From Armatimonadota bacterium (GTDB lineage: Bacteria > Armatimonadota > HRBIN16), in assembly GCA_963677485.1 (NCBI GenBank), contig OY781964.1:4352001-4416000 (forward strand): DNA of 64,000 nt, read 5' to 3'. The notes beneath the pieces were generated by a model. The model was not told where the DNA came from. It was given only the letters and a program-made list of their open reading frames with translations, and did no database searches. A program made the translations under genes and the position numbers. Positions 37,856-47,173 of the stretch are shown piece after piece (within the stretch, counting starts at the first letter, position 1; each line of letters starts with the position of its first letter).

Positions 37856-40762
37856 TTAGGCCTGGTACGGGGCGACGAACTGGTAATCGCCGCTGCCGAT
37901 GGTGACTAGAACCAGTCCATCCTGTGAACCAACGTTCTGCACACCGTCCACCTGGCTGAGAGGCTTGCCGGATTCGGTCACGGCTCCGGCGTCGCGCGTG
38001 GGCAGTAGCACCGTTGCGGTGGTGTTGGCGGGGATGGTCACATCCAGAGCGATGCTTCTTCCCTCCAGTCGCCAAGAGCTGCTGATGGTGCCGTATATGC
38101 TGTCATAGGAAGCCTTAACGTAGCTGATATCACCACCCGGTACCGGGCGGATCGATATCCGCTTGAAGCTTGGTGTGGCCAGGTCGATACCTGCCATGCG
38201 ATTCATCATCCACTCACCACAGCTTCCGTATGCGTAGTGGTTAAACGAGTTCATGCCCACATCGCCAAACCCGCGTTCAGCCGTCCAACTGTTCCAGCGC
38301 TCCCAGATCGTGGTTGCACCAGTGGTGACGGGGTAGAGCCAGGACGGGAAGGTCTTCTGCTCAAGAATGCGATAGGCGACATCCACACGGCCCATATCGG
38401 TCAATACTGGCAATATGAGATTCACTCCGAGGAACCCGGTCGCCAGATGCCATTTGCTGCCTTCCAGCAGTTGGATCAGCCGTCGCTTGGCGTAATCGAC
38501 CTTTGCCGATGAATCGAGCAGGTTCCAGGCGATGCCCATTAGGTATGCTGTCTGGGTGTCTCCTGACATTTTGCCATCGGCTGCCACGAAAGCTTTGTTG
38601 AAAGCCTGCTTGATTTTGGCTGCCAGATCGTTGAAATAGGCTCTGTCGGACGACTTGCCCCTCACAAGCGCGACCTGCGCCATAATCGTGCTGCAGCGGA
38701 AGAAGTAGGCGGTGCTGATGAGCTGACGCGGTGTGCCGCCATCCATACTTAACCAGTCGCCAAATCCTTCGTCCAGCCCAACCAGGTTGTTTGAGCGGTT
38801 CTTGTACCACTCCACCCAGAGTTTCATTTTGTTGTAATGGTCATCAAGCACTCTGGTGTCACCATAGAACATGTAAATGGTCCAGGGGCAGATCACACCA
38901 GCATCTCCCCAGGCGGGTGAGGTACCGGCTCCCATAGGGGCCACAGGGGCGATATTCTGGTAGCCGCCTTGAGCGTCCTGAGTGTCATTCAAGCTATTCA
39001 ACCAGGCTGTGTAGAACGCAGCTTGGTCCATGTTATATGAGCCCGACTTCACAAATACCTGAGCATCACCTGTCCAGCCCAACCGCTCGTCGCGCTGAGG
39101 GCAGTCGGTAGGAACTTCGAGGTAGTTGGATCGCTGTCCCCAGATGATGTTGGAATAGAGCTTGTTCAGCAGCGGCTCCGAGCATTCAAACTTGCTGGTC
39201 AGCTTACAGTCGGAGTGCAGCACTAAACCGGTGATGGCATCATCCGAAGGCTTGCTCGTGTAGCCGGTTAACTCCACATAGCGGAAGCCGTGGAAAGTGA
39301 ATTTGGGTTCCCAAACCTCTTCGCCGCCGCCTTTGCAGATATAGTTATCGGTGGCCTTGGCCCCGCGCAGGTTTGCGGTATACAGTGTGCCGTCTGGGTT
39401 GAGCATCTCGCCAAACCGCAGTGTGATCGTCTGACCTCTGCGCTCAGATACTTTTAAGCGGGCAAATCCGCTGAAGTTCTGACCCATATCATAAATCAAC
39501 ACGCCCGATTTGGGTTGTGTGACTTTGACAGGATTGATGATCTGTGTCTGTCGCACCGGTTCGCCTGGATGTGACTGCTTCAGCGCTGTCGTGGGGTTTG
39601 ACGGACGCTTGGAGGCCCCCCACACCGCTTTCACGATGACGACAGGCTGCCCCTTGCCATCGATACTGAGGCGTCTGTTTTCTTTCCGGGTTGTTGATTT
39701 GGGAACGCCGCCAACGGTGTAGTCCACTTTGATCGACTTTTCGATTCCGTAGCATGGGTCACTCAGCAGGCCAGTGGTGATATCAACACTGACGGTGTTG
39801 TTTTTCACAAGCTGGGCTATAATCGCTGTGACATCTTTCCAGATATCCATTGAGGTTGGCTTAGCTACCTCAACCGCTGGCCAGTTTTTGGGTGTATTAG
39901 GCAACGCCCAGTCACTTTGCTCTTTACGCGCATCGTAGTTCTCGCCATTGTAGATGTCGCTATATGTGATCGGACCATCAAGGTTGCATCCCCAACTCTT
40001 GTCGGTGATGACCATGTCACTGGAGCCATCCACATAGTCGATATGCAGTTGGGCGCAGAGAGCCAATCGGCCTTTACCGCCGTGGTGAAGCCCGAACCAT
40101 CCCGATCCTACTGTGGCGGCGATGAGGTTGGGCTGCGATGGGTTGATGATCTCAGTCACATCATACGCAAAGGTATAGATGCGTGAGTTGAAGTCTGTCC
40201 AACCTGGTGTGAACTTATCGAGAGTCACAACCTGTCCATTGATCAGAAGATCATACAAGCCAGCAGCGGTGACATAGACCACGGCTCGAGCGACTGGCTT
40301 CACTGGCACAAATCTCTTGCGGAACCGAATAGGGGTGTTCTCAGTAGAGCCATTCTGCATCTTCGCGGGCGCACTGATGAACTGTGCTTTCCAGTCAGAA
40401 GGCCCCATGAGCCCCATGGCCCACATCGAGCTGATGCTCCAGTCACTGGTCAGGCCCTTATCGTCCTTGATCCTGACACGCCAATAACAAACCTGCCGGC
40501 TGCGCAGAGGCTTGCCGTCGTATTCCAGCTGGCAGCTTTCGGCAGCATTGACCATTCCGCTATCCCAAAGGTCAGGCTGATTTTGTTCAAGTTTAGGTAA
40601 GCTTGAGGCCACCTGGATTTGATAAGCGGCTTGCAGGGAGGCACGAACAGGGGACGTGATCTCCCAGCTTAGTCTGGGTTTCTCACAATCGATGTTAATG
40701 GGTTTTGTGTGGTATTCGGTCCGAAGGTTAGAAATTGAGACTGGCGAGTTCTTGGCTTGCAT
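37856..40762 (-). CDS. Alpha-L-rhamnosidase (GH78)
   Basis: PRLSW, LWDSG, DMGQNFSG, FTFHGFRYVEL, VPTDCPQRDERLGWTGDAQVF, GATTIWERWNS, MNSFNHYAYG. Confidence 0.95.
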   Translation of the reverse strand: MQAKNSPVSISNLRTEYHTKPINIDCEKPRLSWEITSPVRASLQAAYQIQVASSLPKLEQNQPDLWDSGMVNAAESCQLEYDGKPLRSRQVCYWRVRIKDDKGLTSDWSISSMWAMGLMGPSDWKAQFISAPAKMQNGSTENTPIRFRKRFVPVKPVARAVVYVTAAGLYDLLINGQVVTLDKFTPGWTDFNSRIYTFAYDVTEIINPSQPNLIAATVGSGWFGLHHGGKGRLALCAQLHIDYVDGSSDMVITDKSWGCNLDGPITYSDIYNGENYDARKEQSDWALPNTPKNWPAVEVAKPTSMDIWKDVTAIIAQLVKNNTVSVDITTGLLSDPCYGIEKSIKVDYTVGGVPKSTTRKENRRLSIDGKGQPVVIVKAVWGASKRPSNPTTALKQSHPGEPVRQTQIINPVKVTQPKSGVLIYDMGQNFSGFARLKVSERRGQTITLRFGEMLNPDGTLYTANLRGAKATDNYICKGGGEEVWEPKFTFHGFRYVELTGYTSKPSDDAITGLVLHSDCKLTSKFECSEPLLNKLYSNIIWGQRSNYLEVPTDCPQRDERLGWTGDAQVFVKSGSYNMDQAAFYTAWLNSLNDTQDAQGGYQNIAPVAPMGAGTSPAWGDAGVICPWTIYMFYGDTRVLDDHYNKMKLWVEWYKNRSNNLVGLDEGFGDWLSMDGGTPRQLISTAYFFRCSTIMAQVALVRGKSSDRAYFNDLAAKIKQAFNKAFVAADGKMSGDTQTAYLMGIAWNLLDSSAKVDYAKRRLIQLLEGSKWHLATGFLGVNLILPVLTDMGRVDVAYRILEQKTFPSWLYPVTTGATTIWERWNSWTAERGFGDVGMNSFNHYAYGSCGEWMMNRMAGIDLATPSFKRISIRPVPGGDISYVKASYDSIYGTISSSWRLEGRSIALDVTIPANTTATVLLPTRDAGAVTESGKPLSQVDGVQNVGSQDGLVLVTIGSGDYQFVAPYQA

Positions 40763-40793
40763 CGAATAACAGTCCTCAGGTCTTTCAGATCAT

Positions 40794-40815
40794 GGGGGTA
40801 TCAACCGATACCCCC
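40794..40815 (-). terminator. Hairpin between the GH38 and GH78 genes
   Basis: GGGGGTATC-AACC-GATACCCCC with no clear U-tract. Confidence 0.4.
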
Positions 40816-40825
40816 GTTAGTTAGT

Positions 40826-43800
40826 CTAGTTAGAGTGAAACAGCAGTGTCACGATCTCGTAGGGCCTCAGCTCAAGCGATAGTTTGCCGTCCGTAAGTGG
40901 CAGTGGAGATAGAGCCGCTTCCAGGATATTTGACATGAAGGCTTGATGACATGGGATACATAGGCTCAGACTGCATGATGTGGCGCGCCCATGTGCTTCA
41001 TATAGCCGCAGAATGTAGTCGGAACCCTCTTCGGGCTGGTGTTCGGCCAATTTGAACGCGCTGACCATCACACCGGCCGAATCTAGCTCCAGGCAAGGCT
41101 GGCTCGGTTTGAGTTTGCCTTGGTGTGCCGTGGTCACCGTGGTGATCATTGGCTGGTTGAGCTCTGCAGCTCTGCGGTCTGATCCGGCCTCTTGCCAACT
41201 GCCCTTGTAGGGGTAGATGCTGTAGATTAGCTCATGCATGCCCTCGTCAGGATGGTTGTCTGGCTCATAGCTAGACCTTACCAGCGTTAAGCTTAGGGTA
41301 TTTCCATGAGCACTGTAGCCGTATTTACAGTTATTCATCAGGCTTAAACCATATTCACCATCACCTACATCGGCCCAGCGTAGAGCGGGGCACTCGCGAC
41401 CGTCTGCGGGACGCACAAGCGGTGCAAAGGGTGTTTCAAATGTGGCAACTGAGCTGCCGATGAACGGGGTGAAGGTGGTTTTCAGCATTGGGGCATCTGT
41501 CTTGGCTGTGCCCTGTTCATGCCAGTCGATACTGGTGATGTAGTCCACGCGCGGCATTCCATTGTAGATGCGCATCTTCTGTGACAGTGAGGAGTTCAGG
41601 AAGCTGCGGTTGATGCGGATGGTCGCGAAGACAGGGCCCACCTCTTCAAGCTGCACATCAGCACCAGTGATTAAGTGATCGACACGGGTGATGTCGCCGA
41701 TGTTCCATGCACTCATCGGATGGGGCTGTTCCCATAACACCTGCAGCCGGTTCAACATGCCGCTGGTCAGATTGGCTTCAGGTCCCCAGCCGCCGCCCTG
41801 GCCTGCCAGTTCGTGGCCGTCTGCCTTTAACACCAGGTTGCACAATGCCCCCGAGGCAGGGTTGACTGCCAACTTAAGGTATTCGTTCTCCATACTCAGG
41901 CTGTCTGCGTGAGCGGCTATGTTGCTGGCTGCTTCCGCTTCGGCCATGGGTGTGTATACCTGACAGCCCATGCTGGGTACATTGAGTGCCACAAAATAAA
42001 GCTTGCCATCCGACAGTTGAACCGGGGTGAGGTTCCCATCACTGTCCTTCATTGCCTTCGGTACGAAGCTTAGGCTTGAAGCCTCAATGGTGACCAGGTC
42101 GGTTCGGTTCCAAGCGAGTTGGTTGAAGACCACCAGCTTCTGATTTTGTCCGACACCGGTGTCTATAGCCTGTGCTAGACTACCTGCGGCGTCTGACGAG
42201 GTGCGATTAGCGATCTTGCTCACCATACCGTGGTTTACGGCCGCTTCGTCATAAGTCACTCCAATCGAACAGCCGCAAAGAATGTCGTGGAACTGGTGGA
42301 AGCATGTGATACGCCATGCCTCAGCGAGATCACCAAACGGATACCGAGTGCCCAGTAGTGCAGACGAGGTGGCGCTGATCGTCTCCGCACTGATCAGGCT
42401 GTTCTCTGAGCTGCGGTTCATCAGCTTGATGTCGGCATGGCTGCTGTAACAGCCTTCGAACACGGTGTTCATTTCGCCCTTATGAACAGGCAAATCCGCC
42501 CATAACACCTTGGCCTTATCGAAGAACTCCTGGGATCCTGAGCATACCACTGTTGGCATAAGCGGAGCCGCGTTGATCACACGAGCGTGTTCTATATCGA
42601 CCGCCGTGGCAGCTCCGCCATGGTCACCGGTGCCGTAAACCCAATATGCGAGGGGCGCCTTGAGTTTGGTCGCGAAGTGTTTCATACACTGGACCAACGT
42701 GGTGGGCATCACGTCCCCGCCATAACCGTTGACATCATGTGTAGAGAGCACCTGGCTGCCATCAATACCTTCCCACCGGCTTAGGGGTTCGCCATTTCCA
42801 GCTCGGCAGTGGTAATAGTACTCGACACCCGCCTGAGTGAGTATCTGGGGGATGTTCGCGGGATGCCCAAAGGTATCGGGGCACCAGCAGATTTTTGGCT
42901 TAACTCCAAACTTGTCGCTCATATAAGCGTTGGCGTACAAGAACTGCCGCGCAGTGGCTTCGCTGCCGCTGGTGTTTAGGTCGTTTTCGACCCATTCGCT
43001 GGCGGTCACATCCCAGCGGCCTTCGTCGACACGCTTCTTGATGCCCTGGAAAATCTCCGGATAGTTGCTCTCCATGTCTCGGTAGGTTGCAGCCTGACTT
43101 TGGCTGAACTTAAACTCAGGATAGCGTTCCATCAAAGAAAGCATCGAACTGAAGTCGCGCCGGCACACTTCCACCGTTTCAGCGTAGGGCCATAACCAGT
43201 TCATGTCGATATGGCTGTGCGCTACGAGGTGTATCGTGTGTTCTTTGGCCTTTGCGTTGAGGCACTCCAGGGAGGCGATGGCTGCCTGAGCCGATTGCCA
43301 CCAGGCATCCCAGCGGTTCTCCGTCAAGGCCTGCTGATCCAGAATGGCAACGGCGTTGCCGATCATCTGCTGTTCTTCGGTATTGTCACCAGCCAGGTAT
43401 TGCGCAAACTGGTATTGTGCGATGACCAGAAGCAAACGGAACCGCAGTTCTTCTAGAGCGTGGAAATAGAGACGGGTGTGTAATAGAAGCCCGAAACCAT
43501 CGCCTTGGTTTGCGCAGATGGCCAAATCAAGTGGTTTGCCAGCGTCCAGCTTTTCAGATATCACCAGGGGGATCGCACGGGAATCTGCCCAGCTTAGTTC
43601 TGAGTATCTTTTTTCACCGGAGACATAGAATGAGGCACCGATGGGCATGATGAACTCAAAGCTGAGTTTCGTACCCTCAAGCTGTATACCCTCCACATCT
43701 CTGGGTATGTTCAGTCTTTGCCTGAACCACGCCTGGCCTTGAGCCGACGACCATGTGTAGGCAAGTTTGATCTGCTCCCAGCTACTGATGTCCACGTCAG

Positions 43801-43918
43801 GATGCAGGTTAGCTTCGTCACCACCCATCTGGTGAGCCCAAGAGGGGATGGAGCTTGCGACATCAATGGCGTGTATCTTGCTAATGATGACGTCATGGAT
43901 CGTCTGAAAAGTGACCAT
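40826..43918 (-). CDS. Alpha-mannosidase (GH38)
   Basis: AHSHIDMNWLW, FSQSQA, WCPDTFGH, YGTGDHGG, QFHDILCG, N.CKYG, RLYEAHG. Confidence 0.95.
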   Translation of the reverse strand: MVTFQTIHDVIISKIHAIDVASSIPSWAHQMGGDEANLHPDVDISSWEQIKLAYTWSSAQGQAWFRQRLNIPRDVEGIQLEGTKLSFEFIMPIGASFYVSGEKRYSELSWADSRAIPLVISEKLDAGKPLDLAICANQGDGFGLLLHTRLYFHALEELRFRLLLVIAQYQFAQYLAGDNTEEQQMIGNAVAILDQQALTENRWDAWWQSAQAAIASLECLNAKAKEHTIHLVAHSHIDMNWLWPYAETVEVCRRDFSSMLSLMERYPEFKFSQSQAATYRDMESNYPEIFQGIKKRVDEGRWDVTASEWVENDLNTSGSEATARQFLYANAYMSDKFGVKPKICWCPDTFGHPANIPQILTQAGVEYYYHCRAGNGEPLSRWEGIDGSQVLSTHDVNGYGGDVMPTTLVQCMKHFATKLKAPLAYWVYGTGDHGGAATAVDIEHARVINAAPLMPTVVCSGSQEFFDKAKVLWADLPVHKGEMNTVFEGCYSSHADIKLMNRSSENSLISAETISATSSALLGTRYPFGDLAEAWRITCFHQFHDILCGCSIGVTYDEAAVNHGMVSKIANRTSSDAAGSLAQAIDTGVGQNQKLVVFNQLAWNRTDLVTIEASSLSFVPKAMKDSDGNLTPVQLSDGKLYFVALNVPSMGCQVYTPMAEAEAASNIAAHADSLSMENEYLKLAVNPASGALCNLVLKADGHELAGQGGGWGPEANLTSGMLNRLQVLWEQPHPMSAWNIGDITRVDHLITGADVQLEEVGPVFATIRINRSFLNSSLSQKMRIYNGMPRVDYITSIDWHEQGTAKTDAPMLKTTFTPFIGSSVATFETPFAPLVRPADGRECPALRWADVGDGEYGLSLMNNCKYGYSAHGNTLSLTLVRSSYEPDNHPDEGMHELIYSIYPYKGSWQEAGSDRRAAELNQPMITTVTTAHQGKLKPSQPCLELDSAGVMVSAFKLAEHQPEEGSDYILRLYEAHGRATSCSLSLCIPCHQAFMSNILEAALSPLPLTDGKLSLELRPYEIVTLLFHSN

Positions 43919-43953
43919 TCTAGAATTCTCCGATTAGATCTGTCGTTGGTGAC

Positions 43954-44364
43954 TTATTTGGCTGGTTTTAGGATACTTTTCTGTCCGTCGGCGGCCACGA
44001 TTTCAACTGCACCACCGCCGATTGTGGTTAACACTACTGAGCTTTCCTTGCTGAGCAGGTTCATGGAGACGATGTTTTTGCCGTCTGACTGATCACGTGT
44101 TGTGATCGTAAAGGCTGTTTTCCCTTTACCGTCGTAGCAGAACATGCGGAAACCGTCCTCTGACGCGGTTAGCTCAGACCGAGTGACTCCGTTTGGGTCC
44201 ACAAGCTCTAGTTTCTGTGCGCGTAGAGTGGTGCCTACTTTCGCCCCAGAGATCGCTCTGTGGCTGCCGGCAGTCAGTATGGCGATACTGGCCAGGCCTA
44301 TTGCGGCGATAAGGAGATGTTTCGAATTGATCGTGATCGTGATATTCATCGGGATAGCCTCCAT
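43954..44364 (-). CDS. Hypothetical exported protein (start may be ATG at 44349)
   Basis: N-terminal hydrophobic segment, then a beta-rich LRAQKLELVDPNGVTRSEL region. Fills the intergenic gap. Confidence 0.6.
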   Translation of the reverse strand: MEAIPMNITITINSKHLLIAAIGLASIAILTAGSHRAISGAKVGTTLRAQKLELVDPNGVTRSELTASEDGFRMFCYDGKGKTAFTITTRDQSDGKNIVSMNLLSKESSVVLTTIGGGAVEIVAADGQKSILKPAK

Positions 44365-44446
44365 GAAATGCGTATTTTGTAGTTATAGTTTTCTACATCA
44401 GTGTCCTTGCTTCCTGCAAGAAGCAAGGTGATTGCGGAAATATCGA

Positions 44447-45451
44447 CTAACACCCTGCGATGACCAAGCGGTTTCCGCCGGTGATATCAATGGCATTAGC
44501 GGTTGTGATGCCCTGACAGGGGCTGAAGTATATGATCTGGTCATCCCTCAAGCCATGATAATAGAGCTCCAGTTCCTCAGCCGCTTTATCGTTAAGCTGC
44601 ACAGCATGCAAGCTTGGCATATGTTGCCAGGTAGGCATGTGTTGAGCATGGCTTCCGCATAGATGGATCATGCCGCCATGCGGGTATACACTCAGCAACT
44701 CATCATCCAGCGGAGCGATATACTTGCGATACAGCTCGCCTGATACAAGCTGAGTGGTGCATCCGCAGAGTTGACCATATCCTGGCGGTTGCGTGCGATG
44801 TCCTGAAACCACCGGTTGAAGCTGCTTTATGGGTATATTCTGTAGATACCAGCGATGCAGGCTGCAGAGAAGATCGTTGATGATCTGAAGGTCATGAACT
44901 GCGTCTTCTGGCTCATCATATAGTGCGAGCAGAATCTTTTCGCCATATAGGTTGACTGCGATATTCAGGCTGCTGGCGATAGTGGGCAGGCCGAAAAACG
45001 GCAGCTCATGCTTTTGATTTGTGAATGCACTGGCAGCACGTCGGGCCAGTAACCAGGTTTCGTTGGTTTCCAAATCGGGCATGGTTAGCTTGCCAATGGG
45101 GGTATCGAGGTAGTGTGAGTACCATTGGCCATCTTTATGGAAGACATCCGCTCCCAGCATCTTGTCGATGAAGTGAACTCCGTATGGGCCATATTCGATA
45201 CACAACGGTCGAAATACATTGTCATCCAACATCACATCGGCGGAAGCCGCAAGACGATCAAAGCACTTCTCTACCCATAGCTCAGGGTGTTGGTATGGAT
45301 CGACATCGGATACACCATAAACCCCATCCAGCCTAAATGGAAGGCCTGAGTACGTTCCGTTGTAGATGCTTGTCAACTTGCTTATGTGGTGGTCGCGTAT
45401 GTCCAGTAAACGAGGCTGTTCAAGCCTATTTCTAGTGGCTTTGCTTATCAT
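44447..45451 (-). CDS. Uroporphyrinogen-decarboxylase/MtaA-superfamily-like protein
   Basis: LNIAVNLYGEKILLALYDEPE, LCGCTTQLVSGELYRKYIAP.D, MIHLCG. True start is near 45451 or 45466; the longer ORF call is antisense to tatD. Confidence 0.6.
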   Translation of the reverse strand: MISKATRNRLEQPRLLDIRDHHISKLTSIYNGTYSGLPFRLDGVYGVSDVDPYQHPELWVEKCFDRLAASADVMLDDNVFRPLCIEYGPYGVHFIDKMLGADVFHKDGQWYSHYLDTPIGKLTMPDLETNETWLLARRAASAFTNQKHELPFFGLPTIASSLNIAVNLYGEKILLALYDEPEDAVHDLQIINDLLCSLHRWYLQNIPIKQLQPVVSGHRTQPPGYGQLCGCTTQLVSGELYRKYIAPLDDELLSVYPHGGMIHLCGSHAQHMPTWQHMPSLHAVQLNDKAAEELELYYHGLRDDQIIYFSPCQGITTANAIDITGGNRLVIAGC

Positions 45452-45550
45452 GTGTGATCTGTCCATGGGTATGATTGATAATATAGTATGGTGTGCCGAT
45501 GGTGTTCCCCTTATATTATGAACTATCGTGCTCAAAGGAACGCGATCGAT

Positions 45551-46375
45551 ATGAACAATACAGACAATTGGAGCCAGGGGTTCATAGATACGCATGTACA
45601 CTTGGCAGACATCGTCCATGAGGTGGATTTGGCCCCGGTGATCGAAGCCTGCTGTGCCGCGGGGATAAGCTGCCAATATAACATGGGGACCTGTGCGGAC
45701 GATTGGTCTACTGTGATGGATATCGCCAGTCAATATCCCAACACGCGTCCGTTTATAGGGCTTCATCCGTGGTATGCTGATCGGCTTGGTGACAGTATGG
45801 ATCAGTTGTCTGAGTTCTGGGAGAGTGGTCATATTGGGGTGGGGGAGATCGGGCTCGATAAGCTGCGTGGGCCTGATATCGAGACACAGGTCGCATGTTT
45901 TCGATGGCAACTCGAAGCGGGGCTGCGGCTCAACCGGCCGGTCAGCGTCCATTGTGTGCGGATGTGGGGCAAGATGGTGGAGATTCTGTCCGAGTACGCT
46001 CCATTGAATCGTCGTGTGGCCATCCATGCCTATGGCGGATCGGCAGATACGGCTCGTCAATTGGTGGAGATGGGTGTGATGGTGAGTATTTGCGGTACGG
46101 TGTTCTGTGAGGACCGGCTGCGGTTGAGAAACGCGGTGTGCAGTATTCCGGATAACTACATTTTGCTGGAGACCGATGCTCCTGCACTGATGCCGCAGCC
46201 GGGGTTAGTGTCGCACCATTTAGATTTTCTTGATGGCAGGTCGTATAACCACCCTGCTAATCTGGTTGATATAGCTCAATGTGTGGCGGGTTTGCGAGAT
46301 ACCAATGTGGGTGATTTGACGGTTTTAACGGCGCATAACAGCTATGAGTTTTTCACAGGTGATACAAATGCATGA
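45551..46375 (+). CDS. tatD: TatD-family hydrolase/DNase
   Basis: IDTHVHL, GLHPW, VGEIGLD, PVSVHC, IHAYGGS, LLETDAP. Confidence 0.92.
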   Translation: MNNTDNWSQGFIDTHVHLADIVHEVDLAPVIEACCAAGISCQYNMGTCADDWSTVMDIASQYPNTRPFIGLHPWYADRLGDSMDQLSEFWESGHIGVGEIGLDKLRGPDIETQVACFRWQLEAGLRLNRPVSVHCVRMWGKMVEILSEYAPLNRRVAIHAYGGSADTARQLVEMGVMVSICGTVFCEDRLRLRNAVCSIPDNYILLETDAPALMPQPGLVSHHLDFLDGRSYNHPANLVDIAQCVAGLRDTNVGDLTVLTAHNSYEFFTGDTNA

Positions 46376-47108
46376 CGAACGGTTAAAACGAACGCGTCTA
46401 TTACTAGGGGTTGACGGTATCGATAAGCTGGAGCAAGCGCATGTGGTGGTTGTAGGGCTGGGTGCTGTCGGTGGATATGCCCTAGAGGGGCTTGTGCGAA
46501 GCGGGATTGGCCGGCTTACCCTTGTGGATTTTGATGTGGTGGCCGAAAGCAACATCAACAGGCAGATTCTTGCCACGAGTGATACCATTGGCAGCCCCAA
46601 AGTTGAGGTGGCCAAGCAACGTATACATTCCATCAACCCCGATTGCAGGGTGGAGCTGATCAGGGGGTTCCTTGACGAGGCAATGGCGGAACAACTGTGC
46701 GCCTTGAAGCCCGACTACCTGGTTGATGCGATTGATGCACTCAACAGCAAGGTGAACCTGCTGGTCTGTTGTACCAATCACAAGACGCCTGTAGTCAGCA
46801 GCATGGGGGCGGCATTACGGCGTGACCCGCAGAAGGTCCGTATCGGGAGGCTGCTGGATATACACCACTGTCCACTTGGCAAGTCGGTAAGGCAGCGTAT
46901 GCGTCGACGGGATATAGATATCGACTGGGTGGAGTGCGTCTATTCGACTGAGCCTTTGCCTAACCCGCTGCCCTTGGCTGAACCTGAGCCCAACTCAGAG
47001 GATAGAGGGCGGCTGAGAAATACCCTGGGCAGCATGAGCACCATCACCGGTATTTTTGGACTGACTATCGCTAACCAGGTGATACTTCAGATCACCTCAT
47101 CACAGTGA
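46368..47108 (+). CDS. tcdA: tRNA threonylcarbamoyladenosine dehydratase (ThiF/E1-like)
   Basis: RTRLLLG, VGLGAVGGYALEGLVRSGIG, SNINRQ, DAID...K, SSMGA, VYSTE. Overlaps the tatD stop. Confidence 0.9.
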   Translation: MHDERLKRTRLLLGVDGIDKLEQAHVVVVGLGAVGGYALEGLVRSGIGRLTLVDFDVVAESNINRQILATSDTIGSPKVEVAKQRIHSINPDCRVELIRGFLDEAMAEQLCALKPDYLVDAIDALNSKVNLLVCCTNHKTPVVSSMGAALRRDPQKVRIGRLLDIHHCPLGKSVRQRMRRRDIDIDWVECVYSTEPLPNPLPLAEPEPNSEDRGRLRNTLGSMSTITGIFGLTIANQVILQITSSQ

Positions 47109-47173
47109 TATTAGTCGACCGATCTTTACAAATATTCACTACCTGCTGATCCCCACGACGTATTTGGCAGGGT

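Noticed and set aside
45452-46060. N-terminal ~200 aa of the 537-aa ORF 44447..46060
   Set aside because: It lies antisense to the well-supported tatD gene. The URO-D-like sequence starts near 45451-45466, so the extension is a shadow ORF.
45551-47108. tatD-tcdA pair as a novel defence or modification system
   Set aside because: Both are ordinary housekeeping families that are often adjacent, with no accessory genes suggesting more.
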